From Diadema antillarum (Eukaryota): a DNA stretch of 64,000 bases. The notes under the pieces were generated by a model that saw only the letters and a program-made list of their open reading frames with translations, made no database searches and was not told where the DNA came from. The stretch is from contig NW_027271601.1 in assembly GCF_040938485.1 (NCBI RefSeq), positions 2,790,001 through 2,854,000 on the forward strand. The letters run 5' to 3'. The position numbers and the translations under genes were made by a program. This document shows, in pieces, positions 38,701-50,260 of this stretch. Within the stretch, counting starts at the first letter, position 1; every line of letters starts with the position of its first letter.

Positions 38701-41700
38701 GAAAATATCTGTACGCGAAAGTAACAGCGTATACAGTATTAACAATTAGAATGAACTTTGACCTCAAATTGACTTGACAGCAAGAGCTTTCAGGAGAAGG
38801 CATGACACCAAACAAACACAAAGTGATGAAATACGTTTAATCAGAACTCTAAACTTACATGTAAGAAGCTCTTTAAAAACTCTTATGAGAGAAAACACAA
38901 GTTATATTCACAAAGATGAAATGATTGTAAATAAATGTTTAAATGAAACAGCCGTGGAGAAGCCGCAAAGAGCATATTCCCTGTAAACTGGCCATATATT
39001 CTTTTGCAGAAATTGATTTATCTCATCATATTTCCATGCATACAAATACTTTTAAAGGGCTTTTTAAAAGTTCAACTGATGAAAACAGAGGAAATTACAG
39101 TAGAAAAAAAAAAGAGAAAAAAAAGAAGAGAGGCTGAAAAAAAGGGCTGTGGGAAAGAGAGATACAATTCCCTACATTAACAGGAAAGCAACAACAATCA
39201 TTGTAAAACACAAACAAAGCAGAGAAGTGTAAAACAAGGAATGTTTGCATGCATTTCAATTTCGCGAACGTCAACATTCGCAAAATTAAAATGCGCACAA
39301 AAGTTCTTGCCTACATAATGTGCACTGGACGCCAGTGACAATCGTGAAAATTTCATGCCGCGAATATATTGTGTTTTAGAGTAAAACTAATGCCTATTGT
39401 AACCCTGAAAAATTAGTGTGTTTTTTTTTTTAAGATGATACTCTCAACATTTGGTTTTCTACAAAGATGATGAAGTCTACTTTTGAAGCAATCTCTTCAA
39501 CCCTTACTGTGCTCTGTATGCCAATGAGTAGATGCTTGTAAACACGACTGCCAACAAATAAAGATTAGCTGATCCAAGTAATCTCAATATAATCCACCCC
39601 ATACATGGATTTTACGCATTATTACAATTACTACATTTTATGTGGATATATGGACACTTGCCGACTTTTCTCAATGGTGACTGATATGTTTTCCTGTTTG
39701 CTATTATTGCCACATACATTCTTCCCAACTTGGAAATACAGAGAAATATATAATATACATGTTTATAAATATATATCTTTATCTGAATACTATAATCAGT
39801 GTCTGACTTTCGTTGTATGAACTTATCATTGTTTTTATATGTACATAAACTGCATTCCCTCTTTCCTTATTTATATGCTGGGCTTTCCATCTATGTTTCT
39901 CTATTATATTTTTTTCTTTCATTCTATCGAAATATTGGGCCAAGTCTGGAAGAATTTACTGAATGCTGAAGAAAAAGCATACCAAGCTTTTACAGTTCCC
40001 AAGCACGTAAAGGGTTAACATGACACGACAACTTAGGCAGCCTTGTACACTTCTCTCACCTTTCCTCAACCGCATACTCTCAGGATCGTCAGCGACTGCA
40101 GTAAACTTCCCCTTACTCTGATTGAACTCTTTGTGGTAGGTGACCTACGAAATTGGAACAGAATGGGACAGAGGAGGAGAAATGAACACCATCAAATGAA
40201 AAGAGTGATTGTAAAATCGGTTAAGAGCCACCTTTAAACATTTTAAAGCGTTGAGTCCAACATCAGATAGAATTAAATATAAATAAAACCACTCCAATTA
40301 TACTTCATTTATTGCATTACAAAGAATATTCCTGAATTATGGATAAAGATATGCCATGTTTTCTATTAAAGGGTACCAAAACCCCGAAAGAAATGTGGAT
40401 TGAAGGAAAGCAGCAACAGTAGTAGAACACATCAGTGAAGGTTTGAGGAAAATCAGACAATCGATGCAAAAGTTATGAGTTTTGGTGTTGGAACTGCTGG
40501 AAGAGGAGACTACTAGAGGTTATGTGTAGACAACAATACAAAGAAAATATAAAGGGAATTCCACATTTCTCTCTGGGTTTTGGTTTCCTTCAAATCAGTT
40601 TATGTGTTTTCTCCCATTTAATTGCCCCTAGTATCTCAAATTTACAAGAATAGAGTTGACTCATTAAGCGATGAAACTCCTCAAATATGTCAGACCTGTC
40701 CTTAACTGACCAACAATCATGCAATATCAAGGATATGGGGCTCAGTCTAATTCTCTTCAGGTAAACAGGTGTCAGTTTACAAGTCTTGGCAGTTAGCACT
40801 TTTTTTCTTCTTCTCCTTCCAGCAGAGGTTTGTGAGTAGTTTCATTCATGCCATTTTGACCTTTGACCTCTAATTGGGGAAAAGCAACAAAACAAAAACC
40901 TCCTCAAAGACCGGATCTTGGTATCTGGAACAAAGACAGGAGGAACCATCGTCTGCTGCTTGAGTTAAACTGAATCAATAGTGGGTCTGTCAATAGTAAT
41001 ACGGGGCAAGCCAACAAGGAACAAGGACCCGACATGCTACAAGAACTCACTTGGCTCTGATTTTGTGACTGCTTCTTGAGGCGCAGGTTCTCAGGAGTGT
41101 CAGCAACGGCTGTAAATTTTGTGGTTGGGTAATGACTGTAGAAGAGGTGGAGGAGGGAGAAAGAATCATCAAAAGTAACTATGATAGTATCATGACTGAC
41201 CATACTCTCTGTGTGGCCTCAACATATTTTGATTTAACTCCAAATCTCTCATCTGCAACATCATTATTTAGGCTACAATGTAATGCAAAATCCACTTAGA
41301 ATATCCTACACGTCAAGTCTAATGCCTCAGTGGCTCAACTCACGCTCACCCTCCTACCAATTATTTTCTCACACCTCCACCCGAATAATAAAGATAAAGG
41401 GAAAAAAGATTACGGCAATGCACGGCGCGCACTTGGCCGGCAAAGAGCAGTGTGGAGAACGGCTTTGCTGCTTTCCACACTGCTCGTGTTCACGCTGGCG
41501 CTCACCGCTGGCTCAGCACACGCTGCTCTGCTCATGTGCATGCGCTCCCTCCCCGTCCCCGCGCTCACATCGGGAAATCAGAAGTGTCACTCTGGAAATT
41601 GAGAAGTCTCACTCCTTGCAGGTCTCACCTTGATGGCTCTGGAATATCCGCTAGAAAAGTCAATGAATCAGGGAATCTTATATAATGACATGCATGTACA

Positions 41701-43035
41701 GTGTATATCATTTACACATGACACAGGTTTAAAGAACACCCAAACCCAAAGACCAATGTGGATTGAGTGAGAGCAGCAACATTAGTAGAACACATCAGTG
41801 AAGTTTGAGGAAAATCGGACAATCGATGAATTTTCAAAGTTTTGGTGTTGGAACTGCGGGATGACGAGACTACTAGAGGTTATGACATATGTGTGGACAA
41901 CAATACAAAGAAAATATAAAGAAAATTCCACAAAAATTCACTTTTCTAGCATAATGAAAGAGCACTTGACTAACCGCTTTCTGAAAGCAGGGGGAATAAT
42001 TGCTACCCCATATGTCAGTATCAGTTGATGGAATGTGTAATTTTCATGAAATATGAATTTTTGTAGAATTCCCTTTTGTATTTTCTATATATTGTAGTCC
42101 ATACATGACACCATAACCTCTAGTAGTCTCCTCATCCAGCGGTTCCAACACCGAAACTTGAAAAATCCATAACGTATTTTGCGTTGACTGTTTGATTTTC
42201 CTCAAACTTTCACTGATATAACATTCTACTAACACTGCTGCTTTCACTCAATCCACATTTCTCTTTGGGTTTGGGTTCCTTTAATTCCTTCAGGTGGACA
42301 AATTTGATACTTGTGTATTCAAAGTGTGTGTTCTGCTTTTGTTTTTATCACCTAAAGAACTTTGATAACTAAAAGTGAGGATTCATACTGCATAAATCCA
42401 GACCTCCAAACTTTTCTAAAAAAGGGATGATTTAGCTGAAAAGTAGGAAAGAACGAGCAGTCCTTTCCTGTGATGTTAATTTTTTATATAGCAGGTGTCA
42501 AGAGTAGAAATGGATAATTTTTGAAAACCACCCCCCCCCCACAAGAAAATAGAAAATGACAATAAGAAAATAGCAATAATTACAATGATGATTATTACGA
42601 TTCTTGCAGGCTGTTTGTACAGCTTGATGGGACAATATGTTTAAAGATTTCTTCACAAATGGCCGATATTAGCAAACTAAATTATCTTGGTAACAAAGGC
42701 CTGATCTCACTGAAGATATTTACAGGTCTGTCACTTTCATCTTATTAGGTTCAATGGGAATGACTTTTTTTCTTTTTCTCTTAATGTAAAGAAAAGATCT
42801 CCTTTTGTGCTATAAACAGACCACGTACTGGGAGTGAGGAAAGAAGAAACAAACAAGGAGTTTAAGAAAAATGAGTAAAAAAAACCCAAAATTTAGTATT
42901 TGCAACTTGCAGTGTACATGTAACAGCATTTACAACTTACGTGTTACAGTAGGGCAACTTGTTGTAACCTTTGTAGTTTTTCATATTAAGCAGCATGGAG
43001 CAGGTTTCACACTTGAAGCATAACTTGTGCCATGT
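35591..43035 (-). CDS. Lasp: LIM and SH3 domain protein (Lasp): LIM C-terminal part, two nebulin repeats, Pro/Gln linker, SH3; first LIM exon not located
   Basis: Exons 43035-42941, 41135-41051, 40144-40060, 38078-37960, 37401-37294, 35734-35591 join in frame. [35 protein letters not shown]; [25 protein letters not shown]; [23 protein letters not shown]; [17 protein letters not shown]...[24 protein letters not shown]. Confidence 0.95.
36191..36836. mobile_element. TIR element with 4-bp TSD AAAT (Sola1-like by TSD; tentative)
   Basis: GTGACCCGCcACAACAAAAGGATCCGAAAGT and its reverse complement at the right end; AAAT on both sides. Confidence 0.8.
37294..37401 (-). CDS. Lasp: Lasp exon: Pro-rich linker + start of SH3
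   Basis: [36 protein letters not shown], donor ACG|gtgagt. Confidence 0.93.
37678..37847. mobile_element. MITE, same family as 9407-9573
   Basis: cagtggcagatcc...ggatctgtccctg; flanks GTGTG/GTATG. Confidence 0.7.
37960..38078 (-). CDS. Lasp: Lasp exon: end of nebulin repeat 2 + linker
   Basis: [18 protein letters not shown](MDRP)x3SFQPPEPQG, donor GGG|gtaagt. Confidence 0.9.
38514..38738. mobile_element. TACTGTA...TACAGTA palindromic MITE (TA target)
   Basis: Terminal inverted repeats; related copies at 25790-25999, 51229-51471, 56022-56234, fragments near 5570-5700, 31215-31390, 39250-39385. Confidence 0.75.
40060..40144 (-). CDS. Lasp: Lasp exon: nebulin repeat 1/2
   Basis: [28 protein letters not shown], donor G|gtgaga. 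Confidence 0.95.
40370..40589. mobile_element. Internally deleted K1-related element
   Basis: Left TTAA|agggtacc; homologous to the left arm of 41733-42280 fused to a short right end. Confidence 0.65.
41051..41135 (-). CDS. Lasp: Lasp exon: end of LIM + nebulin repeat 1
   Basis: [28 protein letters not shown], donor CAA|gtgagt. Confidence 0.95.
41733..42280. mobile_element. Family K1-related element (Lasp intron)
   Basis: TTAA on both sides; shares agtagaacacatcagtgaa...tttgaggaaaat with K1. Confidence 0.8.
42941..43035 (-). CDS. Lasp: Lasp exon: LIM domain second part
   Basis: Acceptor ttttctttctgacag, donor AC|gtaagt. Confidence 0.95.
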
Positions 43036-43383
43036 CTGTCAGAAAGAAAAAAAGGAGAATTATGACAGCAACGAAAATTATAAACACAACAACAACAATA
43101 ATAATTTAATAATAATAATCACAACAATCATAAAAAATAGCAAGAGAATATTATTAATTTTATCATCATCATCATCATCATCATGATCACAGTTGATAAC
43201 ATTAACTCTCACAATTTGATTTATATCACTCACACAAACACAAATGAGCAATATTTCTTGGTGTGTAACATAATAATCTGTAAAAAACATATGTATATCC
43301 TACACAAACATCACCTATAAATTGGTTGTGAACTCCCTGCCTGAATGGGGGCTGATAATTGCCATTTGACTAAGATAGCATCC

Positions 43384-43554
43384 CTGGGGAGTGTTTCATA
43401 AAGCTGTTCTTAAAGTTACGAACCACTTAAGAATGACTGGTGATCAGTTCTTGTGCTGAATTATTGAAATTCTGATAAGTATAGCCCATCAGAATGTGTT
43501 CCAGTCATTAAGTCATTTGTAACTTTAAGAACAGCTATGTGAAACACCCCCCTG
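43384..43554. mobile_element. Tourist/Harbinger-like MITE
   Basis: ggggagtgtttcataaagctgttcttaaagttac...gtaactttaagaacagctatgtgaaacacccc. Confidence 0.7.
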
Positions 43555-43818
43555 GTCCTGTTTTGGCACTACTCAAGTTTTAGTACTGTACAAGAGACCA
43601 CAGCAACCACTACATATCCAATTAATGGCATTTCCATGACTCAACCAACTGCAACATAATTCTAACAGGAACATATAGATATTTCTTCCTCCTTTTGTTT
43701 ATTGGTCTAAACATTTTTTTCTTCATGTCTGAAGTAAACTAATTCCACTCATGGTAGCCATGATATTCTTTTTTAATGCCAAACTGTGACTGATTTTTGT
43801 TGTAAAGTGCTGTGAAAC

Positions 43819-45240
43819 CAGTCATTGACGGCTTATCTCGAAAGGGTGCGGCGCGGAGTGGAGCACTCAACGCACCCGTTCGAGACAAGCCCCCCCGTTT
43901 GTCTCAAAAGGGTGCGTTGAGCGGAGTATGTTCGATGAACGTACCCATTCGAGACAACGGGGGGGGGGGGGGGGGGGGGGGAGGGGGAGGCTAGTCCCGA
44001 ATGCATGGGTAAGCTAGTCTTGGAGGCCAGCCTTTTTGTGACATCGTATTCATCCACCACTTTTCCATTTTGTATTTACTGTTATTATTTTTTTAACATT
44101 ATTTATTTATTCTCTGGAAAATGTGCATTTGACGTGGCTTAAAAGCCAATTGTTTGGCGGGATGCTTTTACATAATACTTTTAGAGAGGTCTCGTGGCAA
44201 ATTGGGAAATCTTGACAGCACGCGTTTCTTCAATGAAAGGATTCATAATTTCACAAGCTACCTCACATCTGATCACCAGCGGCATCAATCCATGTTTTGG
44301 ATTGGGGGGGGGGGGGGGCTGCAAAAGTTGAAAAAATGTATTTCATGTAAATTTTAGTGGTATGTAGCATTTTTGAAACATATTTTTGCATTGCATTTTA
44401 TGAATTTTTAAGTTGCCAAATTTATTGGGCAAAACAATACTTCTACCCCCCACTGCCCCCCCCCCCAATCGACGCCTCTGCTGCTCACTCATTCTTACAT
44501 ATTTTTAGAGGCAATAATAGACACCATGACCACAACGAGTCTTAACACCGTTGACCACACCGCCAAATATATTGTTTTATATTGTTTGTTTTGGTACTTT
44601 TTTTTTTTTTGGGGGGGGGGGGGAATATAAACAAATACAACACAATTTCATAAGTGATTCAGCAAATTACACGGGGCGTTTGTCCCCTCCGTGTAGATCC
44701 CATGACAGACATAAATTTGCATAAATTAACGTAATTAATTAAAAATTCTGTGTAGATCTTTGCTAGCTCCTACAATGTCCTATCAGACAAAACAAATAGA
44801 ATGAAAATCCACTGTAAAATGTCTTGAGAAGAAGCATTTTCATGTTTTTGGAGAAATGTTCATAAGGCCTAATAAATTTCAGAATTATGAGTTAAGTTTG
44901 GTAGCTCCCAGCAAGCCCTATCAGATAAACAATCAGAATCAATTAGAAGTAGCATTTGTGCGTGTGTGTGTGTGTTTGAAGAAATTGCCACACACATGTC
45001 TGCGTATGGAGCCTGTTTCATATAGTCCCCTCGCGAACTATGACAGGGACAAAAAGGTCTGGCCACTAAGACTAGCTTACGCGTACATTCGAGCCCCCCC
45101 ATTGTCTCGAATGGGTGCGTTCATCGAACATACTCCACCCAATGCACCCTTTCGAGACAAACAGGGGGGCTTGTCTCGAACAGGTGCGTTGAGCGCTCCA
45201 CTCCGCGCCGCACCCTTCCGAGATAAGCCGTCGTTGACTG
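43819..45240. mobile_element. Long-TIR (about 200 bp) non-autonomous element with a nested MITE at 44277-44480
   Basis: About 43819-44040 is the reverse complement of about 45045-45240; repeated TTCGAGACAA/TTGTCTCGAA motifs; no clear TSD. Confidence 0.75.
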
Positions 45241-46039
45241 TGTAAGAGCGCTATATAAACGATCCGATTGCATTGTATTGTATCGTATGATATCTCATAC
45301 ATCATAAACAGGTGTTACGTTCACACACCAAGCATACGACACCTAGGCCCATGAATTCACACTTAATTACACAAACTCTACGCATCATTTAAAGTAAACA
45401 CTAACGTACAACACAACAAACAGCCATGCACATACATATGCAAAGATGGACCCAGACAGTTATAAGGCATGAGACCAAACACCCAAGTACAACTGTACAC
45501 ATAGTTTACAACTGGGTAGAAATGTGCTTTATTTGTGTTTCTACAATACATGATTCTTACAGCAATTTCTTGTTTCCATCACTGGATGGACACGAAATGG
45601 TGATATTAAAATAGAGACGGTACATAGTATACGTAAACTAAACAGCTATATATCATTTGATATGTTGTGTACCTCAGGAAAGCTTGAAAGGCATTATTTT
45701 CTTCTTTTTATACTTTGTAATATATATGATTTTCTCACTAAGGCAAGATATCTGGGGTTTTTTAATATGTGAATGCTATTTCTACTGGGGAAAATGAAAA
45801 AGTAATGTAAGATATACCACTCATAACTAATGCTTGCATTGACCGCATATCAACAATCTGGATGCTTCTTTATCCACTCTGGTTTAAATCATGTGCATTC
45901 GGTGACCTTCTCCTTTTCATGCAATCTTCCGCTGAATGTGTGTATGTCACGGGAGAGGATGGTTACAGAACTGATGATTCAACTCAACAAACGTGTCGAC
46001 ACATTTTTCATAACGGATACACGATTGGGTATGTTACAT

Positions 46040-46216
46040 CAGGGGCAGATCCAGGAATTCCGTAAAGGGGAGGCGCCTTTACAAAATTAAAGGGGAGTGC
46101 ACACGCCCCCTCCCCCATTTTTTTCTTTTTATTTCTTCTGTTCTAACAAAAAAAAAAGAAAAAGAAAAAAAGAGAGGGGCGCATGCCCGTTGAGCCCCCC
46201 TCTGGATCCACCATTG
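46040..46216. mobile_element. MITE, same family as 9407-9573
   Basis: caggggcagatcc...ggatccaccattg; flanks TACAT/TACAC. Confidence 0.7.
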
Positions 46217-46842
46217 TACACAAACGCCCTATAGAGCACAAGACATCACAGCAGTACATGCAACGTAAGAGCTTGATAGATACATATCATACATACATGG
46301 TACCTTGTCATCTGACAAAGACAGTCCAAATCAACAAAAAATAGGGCAATCTCTGATTCTGAAGAGGAGTAAAGGGTTTGGGCAGTTTCTAAACCCTCAC
46401 TTCCTTAAGTCTAACTGAAATATGAAATGTAGACAGGTGAGCCAGCACTGGTTGAGTTGTGTTTTTGAGGACCAGTTTCATCTCTGTCTACCTGTACTCT
46501 CAATCTGGTGTCTGTAAATGTTCCTGCCATTCCAACCTTAGCTTCACAGGAGATACTCATATTCTAAGACTATCCATACAACATACTCTTGAGAGACGTG
46601 ATTCATATACAGTACATCAATTTCTTGTCACAACTCTAATTTGTCTGTTCATTTCTGTTCAAATTGATTTCACATAAGAAACTGGTGCTTGTATCCAAGA
46701 AGTGCAGGGAGGTGTTTTGCAAAAATAATCATCAGGGCAGTTTTCATTCTTCTTCTTTAATATGCAAGTTTAGTAATTTCACACACACATACATAGGCAG
46801 ACAAAATTAGATCAGCAACCGATACCTTTTTCTAATGCAAAC

Positions 46843-46988
46843 CAGGGGGGTGTTTCATCAGCATTTGTCAGCGCTGACAACTTTAATCACCATAGTAACA
46901 GTTAGTGACCAGAGCATCTCAGCCAATCAAAACCAAGGATTTTGCTGAAATTGTTGGCACTGACAAACGTTGATGAAACACCCCCCTG
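46843..46988. mobile_element. Tourist/Harbinger-like MITE (GGGGTGTTTCAT TIR)
   Basis: ggggtgtttcatca...tgatgaaacacccc; relatives at about 43384-43554 and 38352-38481. Confidence 0.7.
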
Positions 46989-48872
46989 ATTGGTACTTCC
47001 AATCTTTTGTTGTTGCTGTTGTTGTTATTGTGTGTGTGTGTTATTGTGTTGGACAGAGGAAATGACAAGTTAAGATCTGCTTCACATGAAGATATGACCT
47101 TAGCCACAACTTGTCCCAATACAACCTTTATAACAATACTTTGAAAGCACAAACAAACAAGACAATTACATTAAAATTGAAGAAAATATTTTCACTGTGG
47201 GTATTCCATAAATTGTGCAAAAGACATCAAATATTTGCAATTGACATCACATATTCAAAATTGCTTATATCAACCAAATATCATAAAAAGAAGCTGTAGT
47301 GTCCGCACACACGTGGAAGCAGTGATAATGGTAAGACAGTGATAACTTTAAAAAGTTCAGCCTTCATTGTTCTTCCTCACTCTGTATTACAAGATTTAGT
47401 CTCCAAATTCATCCTCAATAGGCTCCACTAGCAACTTCAAGAGATCTGCTAATTCATGCTCAGTGGTATCATGGACTTTAACACTAAGGATTCTGAAGAA
47501 TTGCATCAAAGCATGGCAACAGCCAAGATGGCTATTCAAGAAGGATTCAGCAGTACTTCAGTGCATATAACAAAACCCTGACATACCTACAGCCTAACGC
47601 AGATGCCTATTTCGAACACTGGGATACCCTGTGTCACAAACATTTTATTATCACAAACACAAAAACACAACGTGTTGTGTCCTTATGCAAGGAACAGCAC
47701 AAGAAGAAAGGTATGATATTGACCATTTTAAAAGATCGTGTTCTACTCCTCTCTACCCACGGCTAATGGAAAAATCACTTGCTGAACTTGTTATCAATTG
47801 TCATGGAAATTATCAGGTATTTGTTGAGGTCAAAAGCACAAAACAAGCCTGTACAATCCAAGTTCATGAGACATATGAGAAAGTACAAAATATTGAACAC
47901 AGGCTCGCCCGTACTTGTCATATCCAGTATCAAGTTGCATAATAGCAATCCTAACATATCATTAAACATGTATTTCAAAAAATAAAACTGAAAAAATCAC
48001 CCTAGTGACATGTAGATAGTTTTAGCAATATTTCTGGTTGAGACATTTTGATTCTCAATGTTCAGACACCTTCATTGAAACTGATGTGAGGCCACACAGG
48101 GACAAGTTTAATCTTCTACACATGCCTGCATTGGCAGTGGGCTACGACAACAATAGTGTAATGACTGAGATATAAAAAGTGGCATATTATACAACATGAC
48201 AAATTAGACCTCTGTTTCTTCTTTCAATTTCCTGGCAAGACGGACAAAAAACAAAAAGAATCACAAGTATCACATCAAAAAAGTATGCTGAGTTGTTACA
48301 TCTACAATGAGCTGTTCATGCCACTTTGGAACTGACGCTCCAAAATAATGTGTGTTGTATGAAGACTCATTTGTTCATTCTTCATTTATGCATGTCTGTG
48401 CATAAATAGTGCCATAACGACTTCTTTTTTTTTTACATGGGAAGTTTCCTTTGTTCCTGGCAATATATAAATACAATTTTTTAAAACACACCACATGAAG
48501 GAAAAAAAAATAGGATAATACACATTTCATACCATTGCTTTTCATGACCACCTAGTGTCATAATCAGACCAGATTTCCTTCATACTGTTTTTTGGAACGA
48601 TTAATGCTGCCAACGAGGCCTACCATGATGTAGTTTGGGAAGCCAATGTATCACATGCACTAGGCCATTCGCATCAGGGACTTGCATCGTATACATCCCC
48701 AAAAGAGTAAGAAACAAAAAGAAGCAGATTCAATTGAATTGATTCATTGACAATGTATGTTGGACCAGGAGCCACCATTCACAGAGTGTCTTCTTTTCAA
48801 AGCTTCAATATATCTAATGCCGATGCAGTAAAATAAAAAAACGTTGTGGGTCGTCTAACGCTATGAAGTCGT

Positions 48873-49109
48873 CTATACGAGCTCGACGTAGTTCGAGGGT
48901 AGCATTCCTGTCTGCCCAGTCCTCTCCACGGTTCCCGTCATCCAGCCCTCGTCGATGTGCTGCCAGTTGACGACCAAGTCGCCCTCCTTAAATGAGACCT
49001 CGTCGCTGTCTGCGGCGTTGTAGTCGTACATGGCGCGGTACTTCTGCTGCCTGCCGCCCCCATAGTTCTGAGGAGGAGCCTGCTGTGGGGGCGGAGCCGG
49101 TTGCCTCTG
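48873..49109 (-). CDS. Terminal exon encoding a second nebulin/Lasp-type SH3 domain (SH3-A)
   Basis: Acceptor catttgacag; [78 protein letters not shown]; strongly GC3-biased codons. Confidence 0.93.
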   Translation of the reverse strand, partial: QRQPAPPPQQAPPQNYGGGRQQKYRAMYDYNAADSDEVSFKEGDLVVNWQHIDEGWMTGTVERTGQTGMLPSNYVELV

Positions 49110-49542
49110 CTGTCAAATGAAAACAAGAAATATGCAACTACTCAGAGAAAGCTATCTTCAAAGTCAAGCGCAGTCATACATTTAACTTGTGTGCAAATCT
49201 GTGAAGGGGATCTCTAATACCCTTCATCAAAAGGAAAGAAAAGATGGCAGATGAAATTGGTCAGCAAAAGCATGTTAATATACAACTCAAGCTGAAATTT
49301 TTTCTTAATTCTGTATCTGTTGCAGTCACAATTCCCAAGAGAAATATTTTCAGTTTCAAATCAGCATGCCATATGAGATGTATTTCTAATTCTAGTCCAT
49401 GGCAACATACTGGTAATCATAAAAAAACCACTTTTACCACTCTAGAACAAAACCAAAACAAGTCTTCACTATAATTTCAGTATCAATCAACTATCACTCT
49501 AAATTACTACAGCACATGGTATTAAAGCTTTCACATCTTTAA

Positions 49543-49927
49543 AGGGACTGTACAGTGCTGGTTGAGGTGGGGATTCATGTTGTAAACATTCCTAAGTGAG
49601 ATAATGAGACACCTCTTATGAAATATAAAAGAGTATGTAATTTCAAGTAGGATTCAACATTTATTTGATGAAAATTGGTTTTCAAATGGCTGAGATATCC
49701 AAAAAAAGTGATAGAAATAAAAGGCAACAGGCCACGCCTTTTATTAGGATTTCTTTGTTTCACTTTGTTTTTGGATATCTCAGCCATTTCAAAACCAATT
49801 TTCATCAAATAAACTTTTGATACACCTTAGAATTGCATGCTCTTTGACATCTCATAGAGTGGCTTCTGAATATCTTGCAAAACATTAAAAGCTAAATCCT
49901 CACCTCGACAAGAACTGTACACACCCT
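49543..49927. mobile_element. Family K2 copy
   Basis: TTAA|AGGGACTGTACAG...CTGTACACACCCT|TTAA; internal identity with 13590-13971. Confidence 0.8.
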
Positions 49928-50204
49928 TTAAGCTGTTTAGAGATTAACATCAAGTATAAAAGATAAGTAACTATGTACTTTTAGTCTTTTTGAATAAAGT
50001 GGGCAAATACAAGTGTTAAGCATAAAGTGCTCCCAGGAAAAGGGGGGGGGGTATCTTTAATTCTGTCACCTGTTTGATTCTACAGCCTTTCCAATCATAC
50101 AATACACATGGCAAACAAAGCACACACATGTATATCTTTACAAGATCATTTCCCTACACCTCTTTTTTTTCCCCTTATTTTTGTTCTCTTAAATAATCAC
50201 TTAC

Positions 50205-50260
50205 CATCTGAGGATCAAATAGTGATCCTACAGCTTGTCTGGGCTGGTTGCCAGAGTAGG
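50205..50260 (-). CDS. Linker exon upstream of SH3-A (YSGNQPRQAVGSLFDPQM)
   Basis: Pyrimidine-rich acceptor ...caataacag, donor ATG|gtaagt; phase 0 end fits the SH3-A exon; GSLFD resembles the GSIFD linker motif of Lasp/nebulette. Confidence 0.75.

Noticed and set aside
41330-41602. Plus-strand ORF with a signal-peptide-like stretch ([23 protein letters not shown])
   Set aside because: Antisense within a Lasp intron, hydrophobic stretch far from the ATG, no continuation; explained by GC-rich hairpin sequence.
46011-46023. VYP codons as a possible Lasp exon 1
   Set aside because: In-frame stop two codons later and no CxxC.
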